From contig CAWAGQ010000013.1 in assembly GCA_963781585.1 (NCBI GenBank), forward strand, positions 96,001-160,000: DNA of 64,000 bases, read 5' to 3'. Shown here piece after piece: positions 59,393-64,000 of the stretch. Below the pieces are notes generated by a model. It had not been told where the DNA came from. It did not search any database and saw nothing but the letters and a program-made list of their open reading frames with translations. The DNA comes from an uncultured Gemmatimonadaceae bacterium (GTDB taxonomy: Bacteria > Gemmatimonadota > Gemmatimonadetes > Gemmatimonadales > Gemmatimonadaceae). A program made the translations under genes and the position numbers. The first letter of the stretch is position 1, and every line of letters starts with the position of its first letter.

Positions 59393-62212
59393 TCAAGGAC
59401 GCCAGACGAGTCCGGCCTGCAGAGTCCTGCCGGTGCGGAAGTATTCGCGCGTGACTGTGCCCTGCACCGTGTGGAACGGCGCGTCGAGCAGATTCTTCCC
59501 GTCGAGACGCCCGGACAACACACTGCCGAGCGGGAATCGCAGCGAAAGGTCGACCACGCTACGGGCCTGTTCCACCACGTCGGGGAGGGGAGAATCACCG
59601 GCTGCATCGATGCGATCGCCGATGCGATTGAAGAGCACGGTCGCCGAGGTGGAGCCGCTGTTGGAGATGTACGACAGTCCCGCGTTGATCACGTATGGCG
59701 CCTGTCCCACCATCCGACGCTTGAGATTCGTAGCGCTCGCCTGGGTGTTCTTGTCCAGACGGATCTGGCTCTGCATCAAGGTCACGTTGCTGAAGACCGT
59801 GAAGGGCGTAAACGCGCTGCCAAGGAAGTCGAGAGCCTTCCGCGCCTCGAGCTCCACGCCGTAGTTGTCGGCGCCTTTGGCGTTCGTGTAGTAGACGGTT
59901 CGGGTCCCCGAGCCTGAGGCCCGGTAGACGCGCTCGATCGGCTTGTCGAACCGCTTGATGAAGAACGCGATGCTGAGAACCTCCTCGGGTCTCGGGTACC
60001 ACTCCCACCGGGTGTCGATATTCAGGATGTTGGTGCGCTCCAGCGCGTCGCTCCCCTGGGTATCATCGCCATTGAGCACGTCACGGCTGGTGATGGGAGA
60101 AAGCTCCCGGTACTCCGGACGCGCCAGTGTCCTGGATGCGGACAGCCGAAGCTGCTGCGCATCGTTCAACTTCACGTCGAGCGCCAGGGAGGGGAGCAGA
60201 TCATTCCACTGTTTGGTGGTGGACACCGGCGTGCCGAGGGTGGAGGCCGCGTTGACGGTGACGTGATCCGACTCGTAGCGCACGCCACCGATCAGCCGAA
60301 GCCGCTCTGAGAGAGAGACCTCGGTCATGGCGTAGCCGGCACCGAGGTGGTCACCTGCGGTGTAGGAGCCGCCTTCAGAAATCGGTGCGATCACGAAGAC
60401 ATTGTCAGTGGGATTGGTGAACCGGCCGTCGAACAGTTCTTCGGCGGGCAGCGCACGGATGTCATTGGTCGCCCCGGGGGCCTCGATCGCATACGCGCGC
60501 GTGTCGGCGTCGCGGGCCGTGCTCCGGATCAACCCGCCGAGCTTCAGGGCGTGGTCGCGACCGCCCGCAGAAAACGTCAGCTGATAGTTCGCCTTCCCCT
60601 CGTCGCTGTGCTCATTGAGCGAAGAGAAGGTGCGCGCGGCGCCCCCATTACTCGTATTGTGCCACAGGAGTTGCTCCGCGCCGGTGGCGGGGTCCTGCAC
60701 GATTTGCTGGACGAACTCGGAGCGGTCCGGCTCGTCGCGCGTTACGCCGCTTGCGGTGGCCGCCCAGTCCACCCGGTTTCTCCTGCCCAACTGGTGTTCC
60801 CCGGACACCTGGAGCGAATGCACGCCCCGTTCGATGTACTGCATGCGCGTGATCTTCGCCGCGAATGCTTCGTTTTCAAAGGATCCACGTTCGATGCGGG
60901 CATTGTTGTCGGAAGTGCGGTCGTACATGCCGTTGAGGGAGATGCGCGACCCCAACCCGATCAAAGTGCTCAGATTCACCAGCCCGCCCCAGAGCACGCT
61001 CTGGGTGGTCGTCGATCCCTCGAACCGGTCGATCTCGGTTGTTTGCCCGGCAATATTTCCGCGGTTTGCCAGGGCACGGACCTGATCGCTCTTGACCGAC
61101 GTGCCTGACGAGTAGGTGCCAGACAGCAGATACCCCAGGCGATGACCCAGCAGGAGCGGGTCGTTCCCGCCGATCGAGAGCGAGCCCGAACCCAACGGCG
61201 GAGCGCTGATCGTCTTGGGGGTCCAGGCGTCGCGGAACTGCGACACCAGACGGTTCATGTCTGCCTGAGAGAGATTGATGCCCTGGAAGTTCCCGACCTG
61301 CCTGAGAAGCGGCGGGAGGTCGCGATCGTGATTCACCATCGCGAACTGCTCGCCGCCGGTGGTCTGTCCGGCGATGAGGTGGTCACCGGTCGCTCCGCCG
61401 GCCAACCCACTGTTCAACTGCAGGGACCAGGAGCGGCGCGCCGGGAATTCGCGGGTGCGGATGTTCACCGTGGCGCCGGAGAAATCGCCCTGCTGGTCGG
61501 GGGTAAAGGTCTTGGTCGTGGTGATGGTCTGGAGGAGCCCCGACGGGAACAGGTCCAGTGGCACCACACGCCGCTCGGGCTCCGGGCTGGGTACGCGTGA
61601 CCCATTGAGCTGGGTGGTGGTGTAGCGCTCACCCAAGCCACGCACGAAGACCACGCCGTCGCGCTGCACCGTCACGCCGCTGATGCGGCGGGCCGCCTGG
61701 GCGGCGTCGCCATCCGGTGTCTTCGCGATCTGTTCCGCGGTTACCGCGCTCACCACCTCGACAGCGGTGCGCTGCATGTTCATCGCTTCGTTGATCGTTC
61801 CGCGCTCGGTGCTTGCCGTCACGACGGTCGCGCTCAGCACGACGGTCGCGGCTTCGAGGGAGATGTTCTGCTCGAGGGTCCGATTCGCGTCGAGCATGAT
61901 CCCCGTGACGGTCTTCTGCTGGAAGCCGAGACGACGCGCCAGCAGCGTCACGGTGCCCGCGGGAATGCCGGGAATGGCGAAACGCCCATTCACGCCCGAA
62001 GTCGTACCGAGACTGGTTCCCACGACCTGGATCTGCACGTCGCTCACGCCCTCTCCTGACACGGCGTCCAGAATGCGACCCACGATCCGACCTTTCGGCA
62101 GCGGCGTGGGTGATGTCCCCTGCGCAGCGGCCGGAACCGCTACCAGCACGGGCAGCAAGGCTGCCAGCGCGAGGAGGCGCGACACGAGACGACGGGCGTT
62201 GGGACTGTTCAT
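59393..62212 (-). CDS. TonB-dependent receptor
   Basis: N-terminal carboxypeptidase-regulatory-like domain, plug VRGLGERY...PLDLFP, ARPEYRELSP, KNLLD. Confidence 0.92.
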   Translation of the reverse strand: MNSPNARRLVSRLLALAALLPVLVAVPAAAQGTSPTPLPKGRIVGRILDAVSGEGVSDVQIQVVGTSLGTTSGVNGRFAIPGIPAGTVTLLARRLGFQQKTVTGIMLDANRTLEQNISLEAATVVLSATVVTASTERGTINEAMNMQRTAVEVVSAVTAEQIAKTPDGDAAQAARRISGVTVQRDGVVFVRGLGERYTTTQLNGSRVPSPEPERRVVPLDLFPSGLLQTITTTKTFTPDQQGDFSGATVNIRTREFPARRSWSLQLNSGLAGGATGDHLIAGQTTGGEQFAMVNHDRDLPPLLRQVGNFQGINLSQADMNRLVSQFRDAWTPKTISAPPLGSGSLSIGGNDPLLLGHRLGYLLSGTYSSGTSVKSDQVRALANRGNIAGQTTEIDRFEGSTTTQSVLWGGLVNLSTLIGLGSRISLNGMYDRTSDNNARIERGSFENEAFAAKITRMQYIERGVHSLQVSGEHQLGRRNRVDWAATASGVTRDEPDRSEFVQQIVQDPATGAEQLLWHNTSNGGAARTFSSLNEHSDEGKANYQLTFSAGGRDHALKLGGLIRSTARDADTRAYAIEAPGATNDIRALPAEELFDGRFTNPTDNVFVIAPISEGGSYTAGDHLGAGYAMTEVSLSERLRLIGGVRYESDHVTVNAASTLGTPVSTTKQWNDLLPSLALDVKLNDAQQLRLSASRTLARPEYRELSPITSRDVLNGDDTQGSDALERTNILNIDTRWEWYPRPEEVLSIAFFIKRFDKPIERVYRASGSGTRTVYYTNAKGADNYGVELEARKALDFLGSAFTPFTVFSNVTLMQSQIRLDKNTQASATNLKRRMVGQAPYVINAGLSYISNSGSTSATVLFNRIGDRIDAAGDSPLPDVVEQARSVVDLSLRFPLGSVLSGRLDGKNLLDAPFHTVQGTVTREYFRTGRTLQAGLVWRP

Positions 62213-62364
62213 GCGAATTGGGCCGCTCCGAGTGAGGCGTGAAATCACGCGTAGGAGAACCACTGAATTCGCATTGACAGTGCATCAGTTGCGTTTCGGA
62301 CACCGCACGGGTATGCAACGGAAGTGTCACGGCGGGCGGGACCGTCGGTGGCTAGCCTGGGCGG

Positions 62365-64000
62365 TCAGGCGGCTCCGGGAGCCGGAATCCATGCCTCGAC
62401 AGTCGTGCCCTCGCCAACGGTGCTGGCGGCGCGCACGTGCCCACCGTGTGCTTCCACGAGGTGACGCACGATGGCGAGACCGAGGCCGGTGCCACCCTCG
62501 TTCCGCGAACGGCCCTCATCCACCCGGTAGAAGCGCTCGAAGATCCTGGGAAGTGCTTCTCGCGAGATACCGCTTCCCGTGTCGCGCACCGCGATAACAA
62601 TTCCGCCGTTCTGGCGTCGGGTGGAGACAACGACTTCGCCGGCGCCCGTGTGGCGCACCGCGTTGTCGACGAGGTTTACGAGGATCTGGCGGATCGCTGT
62701 GTGGTCCGCGTAGACCGCGGCGGCATCAGGGGAAATTTCGGTGCGAAGCCCGATTCCACCGGCCTTGGCCTTGGCGCGAACGGTGGAAAACGCCTCCGCC
62801 GCTGCGACCGCCACATCGACCTCGCTTGGCATCGGGGCCCAGCTACCCGATTCGATCCGCGAGAGGTCGAGGAGGTCGTCGACGATGCGCTGCATGCGAC
62901 GCGTGTTGGAAATGATGGTGGTCACGAATCCCTGGCGCTCCTCGGCGTTCAGGTGTTCGTCCATCAGGGTTTCGGCGAACCCGCCGACCACCGTGAGCGG
63001 CGTCTTCAGCTCGTGGGAGACATTGGCTACGAAGTCGCGCCGGACGGCTTCCAGTCGCCGCACCGGCGTGAGGTCGAACAGCGCCAGCACGGCGCCGCCG
63101 GCGGCGAGGGGGCGTGCGGTGAGGGAGACCGTGCGGTCGCCGAGCCGGAGCTCCAGGGCATCGGTGGCACCGCCGGCCACGGCCGCGTCGATGGCGTCGC
63201 GCAGAACGCGGTCCCGAGGAAGGCGGTCGGCCGGGAATGGTACGGTGTCGCGCACGTCGAGCAGCCGGCGCGCATTCGCGTTCATGTGGACCACGTCGCG
63301 TCGTGCGTCGATGGCCACGGCGCCCTCGTTCAGCGAATCGCTGAGGGCGCGGAGGAGCGCGTCATCGGCCTCGAGGGCCTGCAGGCGGGCCGAGAGCTGC
63401 TCGGCGAGCCGGTGGAACGCGATGGCCAGCTCGCCCACCTCGCCCGGGGCGGCCAGTGATGGACGGTGCTCGAGGTCGCCGCCGGCGATGGCACGAGCGT
63501 CGTCGCGCAGTTCGAGGATGGGCCGGGCGACCGTCCGGGCGAAGAAAACCGCCAGCAGGAGTGCGAACAGCGTGCCCACCGCGGCCACCGTGAGGACATC
63601 GCGCTGCATCCGGCTCACGATCACGTCCTGGGCCCGGGTGCTCACCGACACGCGGGCGATGCCCAGAGTTGTTCGGACGGCGGCGTAGAGTTCCTCATCA
63701 CCCTCCGAGGGGCTGATACGCACCGACGACCCCTCGCCGTCGGCCATCGCCTGAACAACCTCCGGGCGGTGGGCGTGGTTTTCCAGCCTGCCTAACGCTG
63801 GTGGATCGAACTCGGAGTCGCCGATGACCGTGCCGTCGGCGGCAATCAGCGTCACCCGGTGGGCGATGGCGCGACCGGCGTCATCGGCCAGGGAGTCGGC
63901 GTTGGCCCCGGCCCGCCATTGCATGCCCACCAGATGCGCCTCGCGCAGGAGCTCGGCGGCAATGTCTTCGCGCAACCGTGCGCGCAGCCGCCTGTCCAGA
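62365..64000 (-). CDS. phoR: PhoR-like sensor histidine kinase (5' end outside window)
   Basis: ENHAHRPEV, HAMP and PAS-like regions, DFVANVSHELKTPL, FERFYRVD, GGTGLGLAIV. Confidence 0.88.
   Translation of the reverse strand, partial: LDRRLRARLREDIAAELLREAHLVGMQWRAGANADSLADDAGRAIAHRVTLIAADGTVIGDSEFDPPALGRLENHAHRPEVVQAMADGEGSSVRISPSEGDEELYAAVRTTLGIARVSVSTRAQDVIVSRMQRDVLTVAAVGTLFALLLAVFFARTVARPILELRDDARAIAGGDLEHRPSLAAPGEVGELAIAFHRLAEQLSARLQALEADDALLRALSDSLNEGAVAIDARRDVVHMNANARRLLDVRDTVPFPADRLPRDRVLRDAIDAAVAGGATDALELRLGDRTVSLTARPLAAGGAVLALFDLTPVRRLEAVRRDFVANVSHELKTPLTVVGGFAETLMDEHLNAEERQGFVTTIISNTRRMQRIVDDLLDLSRIESGSWAPMPSEVDVAVAAAEAFSTVRAKAKAGGIGLRTEISPDAAAVYADHTAIRQILVNLVDNAVRHTGAGEVVVSTRRQNGGIVIAVRDTGSGISREALPRIFERFYRVDEGRSRNEGGTGLGLAIVRHLVEAHGGHVRAASTVGEGTTVEAWIPAPGAA

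Overview
GC-rich bacterial chromosome segment. The gene set and style (crtB-cruF-crtI, FHA-GAF-cyclase, EutN pair with deoC) suggest Gemmatimonadota, which is an inference. Left part (1-19.5 kb): cyclase, trpE, GspE-REC ATPase, engB-lon-clpX-clpP-tig and three carotenoid genes. Right part (35.6-64 kb): aminotransferase, degP, dnaK, rhomboid, two microcompartment vertex genes with deoC, and a ~20-kb phosphate cluster (DUF47, PiT, ppk1, ppx, phoU, pstBBACS, porin, TonB receptor, PhoR-like kinase). The main finding is a ~16-kb integrated phage-satellite-like element at 19572-35596. It inserted into the anticodon loop of the host tRNA-Leu(TAG) through a core of only 6 bp and left the host gene split in two halves without rebuilding it. 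The element carries its own complete, sequence-divergent tRNA-Leu(TAG) 19 bp inside its left end. It also encodes a tyrosine integrase, a PrimPol-helicase with an iteron-like origin, an Xis-like HTH and a large terminase, but no recognisable capsid, portal or tail. Its cargo includes DUF4238, an ADP-ribosyltransferase-like protein, a Phd/RelE-like pair, membrane proteins and an IS5 that interrupts one gene. All family calls come from motif recognition by eye; no database searches were run.
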